From Malacoraja senta (Eukaryota): a stretch of 64,000 nucleotides of DNA. Below the pieces are notes generated by a model. The model searched no databases, was not told the origin of the DNA, and worked only from the letters and a program-made list of their open reading frames with translations. Of this stretch, positions 25,491 to 37,146 are shown piece after piece. Numbering within the stretch: the stretch's first letter is position 1; each line of letters begins with the position of its first letter. The position numbers and the translations under genes are program-made. Location of the stretch: contig JAXLNO010004592.1 of the NCBI GenBank assembly GCA_038087875.1, positions 186,001-250,000 of the forward strand, given 5' to 3'.

Positions 25491-25538
25491 TCTTAAAATG
25501 GCTGAAAAGGAACAGGACCCACAGAAAGTCCTTTAAAG
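25491..25538 (+). CDS. 48-nt symmetric (phase 1-1) basic exon VLKWLKRNRTHRKSFK; read-through of its donor gives a terminal exon ending at stop 25591
   Basis: Acceptor tttgtttttatag|, donor AAG|GTAGAG, open in the phase-1 frame. AATAAA at 25745 and 25774. Confidence 0.5.
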
Positions 25539-26427
25539 GTAGAGTTCGGCCAAGACCCTTACTTGGACCAGACTGTGTTATATGTTGTTAGTGCATGGCA
25601 ACTCCAGTGTATAACGATCATTTCACTTGCTCAAACATCTTGGGTACAATCCAATTCTTCCCATTTGTTTCGTGCTCCATTCTGTTGCACTGACAGGACT
25701 TGGCACTGAGTAGGTCAATGAGTTTCGTGATACTATTTATCCCGAATAAATAGATTTTGTTGGACAAATCCTGAATAAATTATACACTAATCTCAAAGTA
25801 TTGCCATTCTTGACAGAAAAATTGTTTTGAGTTGTGTTGGACATGATGTTTGATATATGAATAATATAGATAGGACACGAGATGAAATTCATTCAGACTG
25901 GCACCAAGCCATAGGGTTCCTTTATTAATGAGAAAAAGGAGGACTTTTTTAAAATAATAAAATCATCAAAAAGCACAAACAATAAATTATATTTAGTAGG
26001 TGGCCATTCATAGAGAATGACACACATAAATTTACTTTAAAAAGAGGAAATTCCACCCTATCATAAGATAAGCTTGGGTGTACTGATGATGTTTAAAAGG
26101 TGATCGAAAGTTAGTAACATAAAATCACTTGAGGTAGAATACCTGTCATTTTAATGTGTGTTACATGGGCTGTTAAAAAAAGATGTCATGTTGAATCACT
26201 CTGTTAAAATCAAAAGAAAGATAGCCAACTGATTATTTAGTTTATGCAAAACACAAGGTGCTCGAGGAACTGAGTAGGTGAGGCAGCATCTGGGGAGGGA
26301 ATGGATTGGCAGTGTTTTAGATCAAGACCCTTCAGCCAAGACCCGAAACATCACGTCTATTCCCTCCCCAGATGCTGCCTGACCCTCAGAGGTCCTCCAG
26401 CATTTTGTGTTTAGCTCAAGATTCCAT

Positions 26428-26460
<33 letters not shown>
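26428..26460. repeat. (TAAG)n microsatellite
   Basis: Eight tandem TAAG units. Confidence 0.9.
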
Positions 26461-26834
26461 TGACATTATCGACAGTTTCTTCAGTCTCCTAGTTATCCAA
26501 TCTATTATTTATTTATTTCAATTAATTATATATATTGCCCCAGCAGGAGAGATAAATCATATATTACTGTCATTTTAAACACACCCACTTTAAAAAAGTG
26601 GTGTGCTTTCAGCAACTTTCTCTCTACAGTGCTGCTTGTGCTGCCACCTAATGAACAGTCAGAGTACCTTTTCTGAAATAAATGACATCTGGTAGCTTGG
26701 CCGTTGAGATTATATTTTGCTCCACTTTCACCAGGCTTACATAAAAGCTGCCCTGAGCATAACTGTTTCTCACTTAGTATTTAGTTTATCGTCCTTGGTA
26801 AATAGAAAATTTGATGTTTCAGAAACATAAAACG

Positions 26835-27185
26835 CGTATAAGACCATGAGAGGAATAGATAAGGTAGATGACAGTGTCTTTTACCCAGGGTGGGAGAATC
26901 AAGACCAGAGAACATAGGATTAAAGTGAGGGGGAAAACAATTTAAAAGGAACTTAAAGGGCAACTTTTTAACACAAAATGTAGTGGATATATGGAACGAG
27001 CTTCCAAAGGAGATAGTTGAGGCAGGTACTATCATAACGTTTAGAAGATATTTGGACAGGTATATCGATAGGATAGGTATAGAAGGATATGGGTCAAATG
27101 CAGGCAGGTGGGACTACCATAGATGGGGCATCTTGGTTGGCATGGGCAAGATAGACTAAAGGGCCTGTTTCTGTGCTCCATTACT
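26835..27185 (+). mobile_element. CR1 LINE 3' end
   Basis: Homologous to the reverse complement of 9250-9645. Confidence 0.8.
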
Positions 27186-30100
27186 TAGACTGTGCATTCA
27201 TGTCTTACTTAAAACATTTCAATATATAATTTAAACCGTTAATAAATTGGCAATATTAGCAATACCGGCCATACTGCTAAGAAATTTAAATTATTTTAAA
27301 CACTGCCCTCGACATGTCCAATTCAGTGTTGGTCGGCATGGGGAAGTTAGGCTGAAGGACCTGTTTCCATGCCGTATGACTCCATGACTCTATGACTTGA
27401 TAAAAAAAAAAGAAATCATTTGTCCTCTATGTTTTCAAAATAAAAAATATTTGTTATATTTCATGAGGTCATTATACCTGCTAAAATAAGTATAGTTATT
27501 GAAAGGCAGTGGATATATCAGTGTAAAACTCACTGTTTGCAACCAAGCTGTAAAGGCTGACTGCTATTTCCAGCCCAATGGAACCAGAGTTAGATGGCAA
27601 TTGGGATTCCACTTATTAAGTGAAAATTGTATATTCTCGTAATTTATGAATCCATTAATAGCCACTTTTAACTTCGTAATGTTTACAATGATGATGAATG
27701 AACAGTTCTTTGTTTTGGTCGTGTCTTCAAACTATATTCAAAATAGATAGTTAGTCATTGCGTTATAAAAGAGAATCAGTTCTTAATGTTAGGAGATTCC
27801 CTCACCAGAACAAGACATAACTATGTAGTGATAAACTTATTTTGCACGTGTCCTACTGTAAACATATCAATTTCACTGGAAAGTCTATTGATATTAGCAA
27901 TGAATGATCTGTGGCATCTACTTACTTTTGCTCAGTCAGAATGTTGAATTCATGTCTCACTCCTGAGACCTGAGCAAATGATTAAGAGTGATGCTTCTAC
28001 ACATGACTAAGAAAGTACTACACAGCCGAAGATGCCACTTTTAAATGAGATGTTTAACTGGGGCTATCTGTATATCCATTGACACCAAACTGTGTCACTC
28101 CTTTTCTGTGAATTCTCCTTGTACATTGTTTAATTTTACTTCAAAACCAACATCACTCAAATTTCTTGTTTTACTGTTTGTGCAAGGTTGTAGTATGCAG
28201 ATCAACATAAAATGGCTGTGAAGCTATTGGGCATTCTGAATGGATGAAAGCCACATATTAAATGCAAATTTTTTTTTGCTATTGTTTATGTGAGGAGTTT
28301 GAATTAATCTCTGAGAGCAGTTTTAATTAGTCTGAATTTTTAACCTTTTACACTTTTTAAGTATTTACTAATCAATATTGATTAGATAATGTAGCAATGA
28401 AAAATAGTAATCTAAAATGGGACATACAAGCTGATTGAAAATAATACTATGTTTTAATTTGTAAACATTTCCCATAACATCACATTGCTTTCTGTGAATA
28501 TGTTGTGCTCAAAATATTTTCTGCCTATTCAAAAAATAGAAGATTGTGCCCCCTGGTTTCCAGAGTTACTCATTTGTTGTCATGGACAAGATGGTATCTA
28601 TTTAAAGTTACTAGCAATCTCATACATTTCAAATTTAGCCAAAGAGATTAAACAATGTTCTTCACAATCATTTTAAACCTTTACTTCTGTCTAATATTCC
28701 CACAGCTAGTGTTTCTATTTAATATTTATCATCTCCTGTGGAGCATATTTATTATCTACTTTAATTTCAGTGAAAACAAGAACAAGGAATAATGCTGTTG
28801 TTTTCAATTTCAGTTTTTTTCCCCTAGCATTTGCATTTTTTTAATTTTCTACAAATATCAGGTGGTTTAAGACACATTGAAGAATTTTCATATACACGCT
28901 AAGGATATCTGTGAAGGCATAACGTTCAGTAATTACTGCTCAGCCTGCCTGACTGTGCCAGGATTGTGAGGAATAGCTGTCAGATTTAAAGTGTTTCTGG
29001 TAAACCACAAACTTGCTCAAAATGACTACCAAGCAGGCAGAAGGCAGCTTGCAGTTAGAAATGAGGATACTACACTGGAAAAGTAATAGAATGAAAGAAC
29101 AGACTTGCATTTATAAAGCACCTTTCCCATCAGTGCTAATTGAAACACTGCTTAGCTAATAAACAGTACGTGCCACTCAGTAGTTTAGTGGTGTAATGGT
29201 TACGTTACTGGACTAATCTATTTAAGCAATTTGAAAATGCTGTATGGAATTTGGTACTAAAAAGCTGGTTTTCTGTGAAAGTGACCACAAAACCACTGTC
29301 ATAAAATCATAATTGGCTTACTAATGACTTAACCTGGTATATGAATGCAGCCCTGACTAATGCAAGCCACGGGTTGTATCAATAACAATGAACTAAAAAT
29401 GTTGGCACATTCTGAAAATGAATTTAAAAAAAATACAGGTAAGAACTAATTTATACTCAAAATGATCAATATTTCACCTTTATTCATAAAGCTAATGTTT
29501 CTATTGAACATAATAGAATATGTGGGCACATTTGTTATCTGGTTCTATAATTAGTGAAATTAAGATCACAGAGTAATCACTGGGGGAAAGAATGGCTGTT
29601 GGTTTGATTGAGAATCACAATGTGACATTAATACAACAGTGACAGCTGGAAAATCTTCATTTATAGCAACATTTCAGCATGTTAGATGTAATAAATGTAA
29701 AAAATGATTCAGCATTTTTATCCACATCATATAATAATTATAGGGCTGTTTGTGAGCCGTGTTAAAGCCATCCGGTATTCCCGATAGAAATTCTCCACAC
29801 TTCTTCCCAATTTCAGTCCTCCTCATAGAATCCCAACTTTGCACTACTCAGCTCAAGAGTCCTGTTCAACATCACATCCCAAATCTTCTGCTGTAAAAAT
29901 CATCAGCCATGCCTTTTGACACCTGCAATTCAGTTTTGCTGGCCTGAGTACCACAGAATAGAAACTCAATCCTCATCAATCAAGTTTCGCTCACCCAGCA
30001 GCTGTTCCCACCAGCTCGCTCCTTGTTTCCTTTTCTATTTCAATCAAAATCCTCATTCATGACCAACTTCCCTTTTGAGATAAATAAAGTTCTATCGTAT

Positions 30101-30429
30101 CGTATGGCCTTGTTCTGCCCAACTCGTTTACATTCTAGCAGACACATGCATTCATTCACTGGTTATGGGTATTGCGGCCGAGACAAATGTTTAAGGCCAG
30201 TTGGCAGGAAGTCAGGGGACCTCCTCTTGCACCTTCTATCAGGCCGAGCTGTAACAACTGTTTGTAGATCCCTTGACGAGGTGAGAAAGTGGATGTGGTG
30301 CCTGGCCCACTTCCTTGGTCTACTGGTATGTTTCAACCTTCTGTAACTTTGATGAATTGGTATGTGCTTAGGTTGGAGCACAATGCTGAGATATTAGTTT
30401 GACTGGAATATCCATTAATTGCAACATGA

Positions 30430-30745
30430 GGGCAGTAGAGTGAGATAGCAGGAAGTGCAACTGCCCTCACAGTTACAGCAACCTGGGATTGACCCTGACC
30501 TCTGCTGCTGTCTGCGTGGAATTTACATATACCTCTTCTGTTTCTAGTTTCTCCCACATCCCAGAAACTTTCTGGTTCGTAGGTTAATTGGCCCCTGTAG
30601 ATTGCCCCTGGAGTAGGTTGGTGGTAAGATATTGAGGTGATGACTCAATGAACATCTGGAAAGATTGCAGTGAAATAAATAGGGTCTTTGGGTTATTTCG
30701 TAACATGGCATAGACTTGATAGATGAATGTCCTCCTGTGTCATAA
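30430..30745 (+). mobile_element. Degenerate tRNA-derived SINE
   Basis: Contains the gtaggttaattggcccctgtagattgcccc core shared with the other SINE copies. Confidence 0.6.
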
Positions 30746-31749
30746 AGAAGGTTAGTGTATTTCTTTTTAGCGGTGATTTGAAATGAGTATGGATTGTGAT
30801 GATTTTCTTTTTGCTGGTCTGGGGCAACACAGAAGCATCGTTTCAGACCTGCATGAGTGCAAATGTACAGCACTTCTTCATCACGGCTGGTTCATTTTTC
30901 AAATAGCCCTGGTATCTCTTCCCTATCACTAGAGACCTTCTGGGATAACTTCACCCTTCCTCTCCATCTCCGACTATGCCATCGTTTACCATTTGGAATC
31001 TGAATTTTTACTACTCTCGTAAAGTTCCCTGAAATGTTTTTTTTTCTAATTTAAGTATTGTTTAGAATGTTATTGGAAAATAGGTGTCCGTTAATTGGAG
31101 AGTATTTAGATTTTAGTTTTGACTTTCAATTGGTTAATATAGATTTTGTGTGAATCGGAATGTTGTCTACAAATTCATATGCCTATATGGATCACGATAA
31201 TTCATATTGATGATATAATGCATTAGCTCTGCAATTGAGAATTAGTTAAGGATAATAAAAGGTAAATGAAAGCAATTGGAGATGTTCAAGTAAGCTGCAA
31301 GTAGAAGAAACAGCAATGAAACTTGTGATTGCTAACATTCTGTTAGAGATTTAGGAACATTGGTATAATGTGTGTTGAGTTACAGATTTATACATTGCCA
31401 AATTAAAACACGTCCTTAGTTCCAATATAAACTCTCATCAGAAGTAGACTACAATGAAGGGAAATGTGTTGTGTTAGAAACCACCCATTCTATGATGTTT
31501 ATTCTTTGTAACCCTTGTACTCCCTGGTGAGATTTGTAAATTATTTCTTGTTTCCTTTAAAATGCTCAAGGAATAAAATGTAATCCACAATGTGTAAAGG
31601 GACCCATAAATGGAATAATGACAAATTCTAGGGCTATAGGTCAACATTCCTTCACTGAACAGTGGGTGAAACAGCAGCTGATGTGCACCATGTGCCCAGA
31701 GGTGAAATCTGTTCAATCTGTGCCAATGCATTGAGTGCCAATGAGATTC

Positions 31750-32310
31750 TCTGAGAGTGAAGAAGAGACAAAAGAAAAGGGAAGGACAAGAAAAAGAGAG
31801 TTGAGGAAGGTTTACTAGGGAAAGAAGAAGTGAGACCTCATGAACCTCATGAGGGGAGGTGACGAAAGAAAGGGATGGGAAGCAGAGAGAGGGCAAGGCA
31901 GGGTGAGGTGAGATTGAGGGATGTAGAAATGAAAGGGAAAAGTGAAACCAGTAGGATGTGACCACTGAAGGGAAAGGAAGAAGGGGAATGAGGAAGTGAT
32001 GTGGGCTGAATAACAAAGGGGGGAGGAAAGGTAGCTAATTGGACAGGGAGTTTGATGGAGGAGTGTGAAGGACTGAGTAGGTAAGAAACGGTGTGGAGGG
32101 CAGGAAGAATTAGGACAAGAAAAGGACAAAGAGTTTGAAAAAAGAGCAATGGAAAGAGTGGGAGTGAAGGATTGGGGGAAGAAAGGAGAGCTGCTAGTAA
32201 GGAGGAGTGAAGAATAGAGAATGCTCAGATTATAGGAAGAAGAGGAAGGGAGAGAAGTGAGAATAGCTGAGAGAATAATAGAGGGAGGGAGGGTGAGGGC
32301 AAAGCATGAA
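31750..32310. repeat. Polypurine (GA-rich) low-complexity tract
   Basis: Directly visible purine skew. Confidence 0.8.
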
Positions 32311-32334
32311 CATAGGTAGATCATTCATCTTAGA

Positions 32335-33600
32335 GTTATAGAGTCATACAGTCTGGAAACAGACCTTTCAGCTGAACTTGCCCATGGCGACCAACATACC
32401 CCGTTTAATCTAGCCCCACCTGCCTGCTTTTGGCCCTATCCCTCTAAACCCATCTTCTCGAACTTGCTTGCATTCAATAAGATCTTGGCTGATCTTTTAC
32501 TTCAGCACCACTTTTGGAATATAAAACAGTACAGCACAAGAACAGGCCCCTAGGTCCACAATGTCTGTACTGAACATGATGCCAAGACCAACTCTTAGCA
32601 GCCTGCACGTAATCCATATCCCTCCATTACCTGCATATCCATGTGCCTATCCAAAAGTCTCTTAAATGCCACTATCGTATCTGCCTCAACCACCACTCCA
32701 GGAATTCACCACCGTCTTTGTAAAAAGACTTGCGCCACACATCTTCTTTAAACTTTGCCCCTCTCACCTTAAAGCTATGCCCACTAGTATTTGATTTTTC
32801 CATCCTGGGAAAAAGATTCTTATTATCTATCCTATCTGTGCCTCTCATATGTCCCCATGCAACCTCTGGCATTACCCCCTAATCCAAGGCATCATTTTGG
32901 TAAACCACCTCTCAAGAGTCAAGTCAAGAGAGTTTTATTGTCATGTGTCCCAGATAGGACAATGAAATTCTTGCTTGCTGCAGCACAACAGAATATGTAA
33001 ACATAATACAGAACAGGAGATAAAAGTTCAGTGTGTCTATATACCATACCATATATATATACAATAAATAAACAGATAAAGTGCAATAGTAATAATAGAC
33101 TTATTGTTCAGAGCTTGTTTGATGTTGTGTTCAATAGCCTGATGGCTGTGGGGAAGAAGGTGTTCCTGAACCTGGATGTTCCAGATATTCACTCTTTCCA
33201 AAGCCTCCACATCCTTCCTGATCAGAACTGGATGCAATACTCCAAATGCAGCCTAATCAACGTCCTATAAAGCTGTATTATGCCTTCCTGGCTCTTGTAC
33301 TCAATGCCCTGAGCTATGAAAACAAGCATACCATATGCCTGCTTTACCACTCTATCTACTTGTGTTGCCACTTGCAGGGAGTTGTTGACTTGGACCCCAT
33401 TATCCCTCTGTACTTCAATGCCATTAATTGTATATTTCCACACATCACATTTACTCTAATTGAATTCCATCCACCACAATCCTCTGTCTTCCATCAGTAA
33501 GCCATTTCTGAACCCATATGACCAAGTCATTGTTAATCACATCCACCTTAATCTTCTGGGTCAGCCTACCATGGGGGACTTTATTCATATGCTGTACTAA
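32335..33600 (-). mobile_element. Cluster of CR1 fragments with a nested Rex/Babar-type LINE 3' end (~32914-33185)
   Basis: CR1 motifs (LEYCIQF, KVPHGRL). The - strand at ~33130-33180 encodes TSRFRNTFFPTAIRLLN, typical of Rex1/Babar-like ORF ends. Confidence 0.72.
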
Positions 33601-34861
33601 CCCATACCCCTTGACTCTCTCGTCCAAATTGGCACAGATTAGGTGGGCCAGAGGACATTTTTCCATTCTTTCTGACTCCAAGAATCCAAGCCTCCACACA
33701 CCTGGCCCCAGCACCAACCCCTGTGGCACTCCGTTAGGTTCAGTCTCCAAACCTAGCCCAATAACTAATCTCCAATCAGCAGTATATTACCAGAGTATCA
33801 CATTCTCCAATAAAATCTTATGAACATTTGAATACTGCACAACCACGGGTTTATACTTATGCAATTTTGTTAACTACAATCTCAAATCTGATTTCCCTTT
33901 CATAAATTGAGGTTGACTGCTGAATCTTATAATTACTTTCAATGTGCCCTTCTATCGCTTCCATAATAATAGATTCCTACATTTGCTCTGCAACCAATGT
34001 CAGGCTAGCTGGTCTTAAACTGGAAGTTGACAATCAATACATCCAATATCTCCACTGCCAGGTTTTACCAAACCTTGAAATGTAAGTCGTGAGTCCCGGG
34101 ATTTATCGACTTTACGTTCCATTAATACTTCCATACATTTTTAGTGTTTTACTGCCTTAAATGGAAATGTGTTTGTTGTAATCTATGTATTCATTCTCTA
34201 AATATCATATTGGTTGTCTACTGTCAGGCATTTTTAAAGTAGATTTTCAACTTATCAGAACCACAAGTGCCTCATGCATTCATATTTGGTTTTGTTTAGT
34301 TTTAAGATCTGGGTTGCAATAGAATTAATTCACTTGCAAACTTTTTTAGGTAATATAATCATTCTTCTTTTTACCCACGTTATTAGTTAGCACATTGAAT
34401 TTAAAATAGCCTGTTCTCTAATTGGTTCCACAACATAGAAATCTAAAAATCCCATCTTATATGGATACTGTGAATACATCCTCCACCCTACTGCTGCTAA
34501 TTTGGTTTTCATGGTATATGCGTAGGTTGAAGTCCACCATGGTTATTGCATTACAATTGCAACATGGAGTGAGGATGAGGGAGACGGTGACAGTGTGACA
34601 TTGAATACGAAGATTGGGGAGGGAAAAGGATCAATGATCTGAGGTTAATGAGATGCAACAAATGGGTTAACTGGAATTAAATGGTGAGAGGTTGTGGTAA
34701 GATAAGAATGAATGAGGTAGAATGAGATGGAACAGCATTTGGCACAACATTTAATGCTGGTGCCTCAATGCTGCAGGGACTTGAGATATATGCTGACCTC
34801 GGGTGATTTCTACAGGAAGTTTGCACATTCTCCCTGTGACCACACGTTTCAGACTAGTGTT

Positions 34862-35043
34862 AAAGAAGGAACTGCAGATGCTGGAAAATCGAAGGTACAC
34901 AAAAATGCTGGAGAAACTCAGCGGGTGCAGCAGCATCTATGGAGCGAAGGAAATGGGTAACGTTTCGGGCCGAAACGTTACCTATTTCCTTCGCTCCATA
35001 GATGCTGCTGCACCCGCTGAGTTTCTCCAGCATTTTTGTGTAC
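34862..35043. mobile_element. Palindromic Penelope-derived mini element with 15-bp target-site duplication
   Basis: Near-perfect inverted arms of about 74 bp (34895-35043). TSD tttcagactagtgtt at 34847-34861 and 35044-35058. Confidence 0.8.
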
Positions 35044-35099
35044 TTTCAGACTAGTGTTGTGTGCTGAAATGTTAATTGTCTTTTGTAAATTATTCTTAT

Positions 35100-35925
35100 T
35101 GGAGGCAAGTAGCGAGGGGAGAGATAATGAGAAGGAGATGGGGTGAGGAGGGAAGGGCTAAAGAGGAGTGTGGGTGTGGTGCAGGTGAGGAGGAGTGAGA
35201 GGGGGCATGAGGTGAGGGTGTAATGGTGATGAAAAGGAGCGGTGCGATAAGGATGTGGAGTGGATGGGTGCGAGAGCTGTGGGGGTAAAGTGATGAGGAG
35301 GGGTGTGGTGGAGGTGAGCGGTGTGCAGGAGGTGAGGGGTGTGGAGGGAGGGTGAGAAGTGTGCCGGAGGAGAGGGGAGTGGGGGAGGTGAGGGCTGTGG
35401 TGCAGATGAGGGGTGTGAGGAGGAGGAGGTGATGGGTGTGGAGAGGAGGTGAGGTGCAGGGGTGAGGGGTGTGGATGGGGAGATGAGGAGTGGTGAGGGG
35501 TGTGGAGAGGAGGTGAGGTGCAGGGGTGTGGATGGGGAGTGTGGAGGAGGTGTGATGGGTGTGATGGATGTGAGGGGTGTGGAGAGGGAGTGAGGGGTAT
35601 GGAGAGGAGGTGAGGTGCAGAGGTGAGGGGTGTGGATGGGGAGATGAGGAGTGGTGAGGGGTGTGGAGAGGAGGTGAGGTGCAGGGGTGTGGATGGGGAG
35701 TGTGGAGGAGGTGTGATGGGTGTGATGGATGTGGGGTGTGGAGAGGGAGTGAGGGGTATGGAGAGGAGGTGAGGGGTGTGGATGGGGAGATGAGGAGGTG
35801 AGGGTGTGGAGAGGGAGTGAAGGGTATGGAGAGGAGGTGAGGGGTGTGGATGGGGAGATGAGGAGGTGAGGGTGTGGAGAGGGAGTGAAGGGTATGGAGA
35901 GGGGCGTGAAGGATGTGGTGGTGTT
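35100..35925. repeat. G-rich low-complexity tandem repeat (gaggggtgtggagaggaggt-like units with higher-order duplications)
   Basis: Directly visible; almost no C on the + strand. Confidence 0.9.
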
Positions 35926-35984
35926 GAGCTGGGATGGGGCGGCCGGTTGGGTTCCCCCTCGGCGGGCGCTCGCTGTCACAGAGG

Positions 35985-36075
35985 GCGGACCGAGCCAATG
36001 AGCACCGGGAGGCGGGGCGGCAGCGCGGTGTCGCCGGGCGAGGTGAGCGGCCAGCGAGCTGGGTATAAATAGAGC
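35985..36075 (+). promoter_or_regulatory. Pol II core promoter: GC boxes, CCAAT box (~35995), TATA box (TATAAATA 36064-36071) in a CpG island
   Basis: gggcgg, gagccaatga, ggcggggc and gggtataaatag appear in canonical order and spacing, followed by a GC-rich leader that ends at a CAG|GTGCGC donor (36268). Confidence 0.75.
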
Positions 36076-36094
36076 TGTGACTGCCGGCTGCGGG

Positions 36095-36268
36095 CAGTCG
36101 GCGGCGAGCGGCGGCGGCGCTGGGACAGACTGACTGACTGACACTCACCAGCCCACCGGCAGACAGCGATCACAGCTTCTCAATCCGCGGCAGACAGACA
36201 GACAGACAGACGGACATCAGCGGCCGGAGCCTGGGAAACGCACTCTGGCTGCTCCCAACTTGCTACAG
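36095..36268 (+). other. Probable non-coding first exon of the internally initiated CEMIP2-like transcript
   Basis: Begins about 25-30 nt after the TATA box, has no ATG, contains (CTGA)n and (CAGA)n microsatellites, and ends at ctacag|gtgcgc. Confidence 0.5.
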
Positions 36269-36596
36269 GTGCGCACTACCCGGGTGGGTGTTGCGGTGAG
36301 CGGGTGGTGGGGACCAGGTTGGCAGAGGGTGTTCTGCGTGGCGGGAGTGTGTGGGGGCAGTCCTGGTACAGGGAGCTGTGCTGACTGTAGTACGTGCCAA
36401 ACAGTTTCTGATTTCTAGGCTTCTAGTTTGTATTTTGTGCTGCCTTCTCCATTGTGATTCTCCATCAACCACCCGCCTGGCCCCTCTACTATAATAAGTA
36501 TGGATTATCTATCAATAATCCATGGCAAACCTGCCCCTCTTCCGAGAGACGTTGACAGCCTGAAACTAGGATTAAACACAAAGCATCAGCGGCTGG

Positions 36597-36642
36597 ATGA
36601 GCCGGAGCCCATTTGTGCACTGCACACTGGTTTATACAACAG
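36597..36642 (+). CDS. Candidate start exon segment for the short isoform: MSRSPFVHCTLVYTT
   Basis: The only nearby ATG that reaches the CAG|GTGTGT donor in phase 1, matching acceptor 36731 across an 88-nt intron. Confidence 0.35.
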
Positions 36643-36730
36643 GTGTGTAACTTTCTTGTTATCAACATTTGAACACTATATATTAAGAATTTGCAACCAC
36701 ATGTGATAGTGAATGAGAATTCTCTCTTAG

Positions 36731-36871
36731 TGGATTGCCCAGATAAGGCCCCATATTTATTACCCTGGAACCCTGGACATCATGAAAATAAGAAGGTTAA
36801 GATTGGACGGAGAATGTTCCTAAAACTGGAGTCTTCTGCCTCGCTACATTCCATTATTATAGAGAACGGGG
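36731..36871 (+). CDS. CEMIP2/TMEM2-like hyaluronidase family protein, exon (start of G8 domain)
   Basis: tctctcttag| VDCPDKAPYLLPWNPGH...SSASLHSIIIENG |gtaagt; matches the CPD..WNPG start of the G8 domain in the CEMIP family. Confidence 0.92.
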
Positions 36872-37146
36872 GTAAGTTTAATTTGATAAATGTCTTTCAT
36901 ACTTGTAAACAATTCCCATATCTAACTGTTTTTCTTCTTTGGGGCTCTGTTTTATGCATAGGTTTTCACATTCCTTCCTGACAGAATAGATGCTACCTTT
37001 ATTTACAGTTGGATAGTACGGGTGATGCTAAATGCATCTGAGTTTGGGATTATTTTTGTGATGGGATTTCTGTTCAAGGGTAGAGCGGGGTGGTAAAATC
37101 ACCCCTGGTGACCATCGGTGACCTTACTATTGACATTATTTTGCAG

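Noticed and set aside
30139-30325. Exon-like segment with plausible splice sites
   Set aside because: The open frame is phase 2 in and phase 0 out, and the phase-1 frame has a stop; no homology recognised.
31474-32324. Hydrophobic Leu/Ser/Phe-rich - strand ORFs
   Set aside because: Translation of a polypyrimidine tract.
35096-36148. Long - strand ORFs (350 and 328 aa, rich in Pro/His/Ser)
   Set aside because: By-products of the C-rich strand of a low-complexity repeat; no domain content.
36400-36495. Signal-peptide-like stretch FLISRLLVCILCCLLHC
   Set aside because: No in-frame ATG, and it ends at TAA before any donor.
36500-36706. ORF MDYLSIIHGK... as the CEMIP2-like N-terminus
   Set aside because: It reaches the 36642 donor in phase 2, incompatible with the phase-1 acceptor at 36731; at most a uORF.
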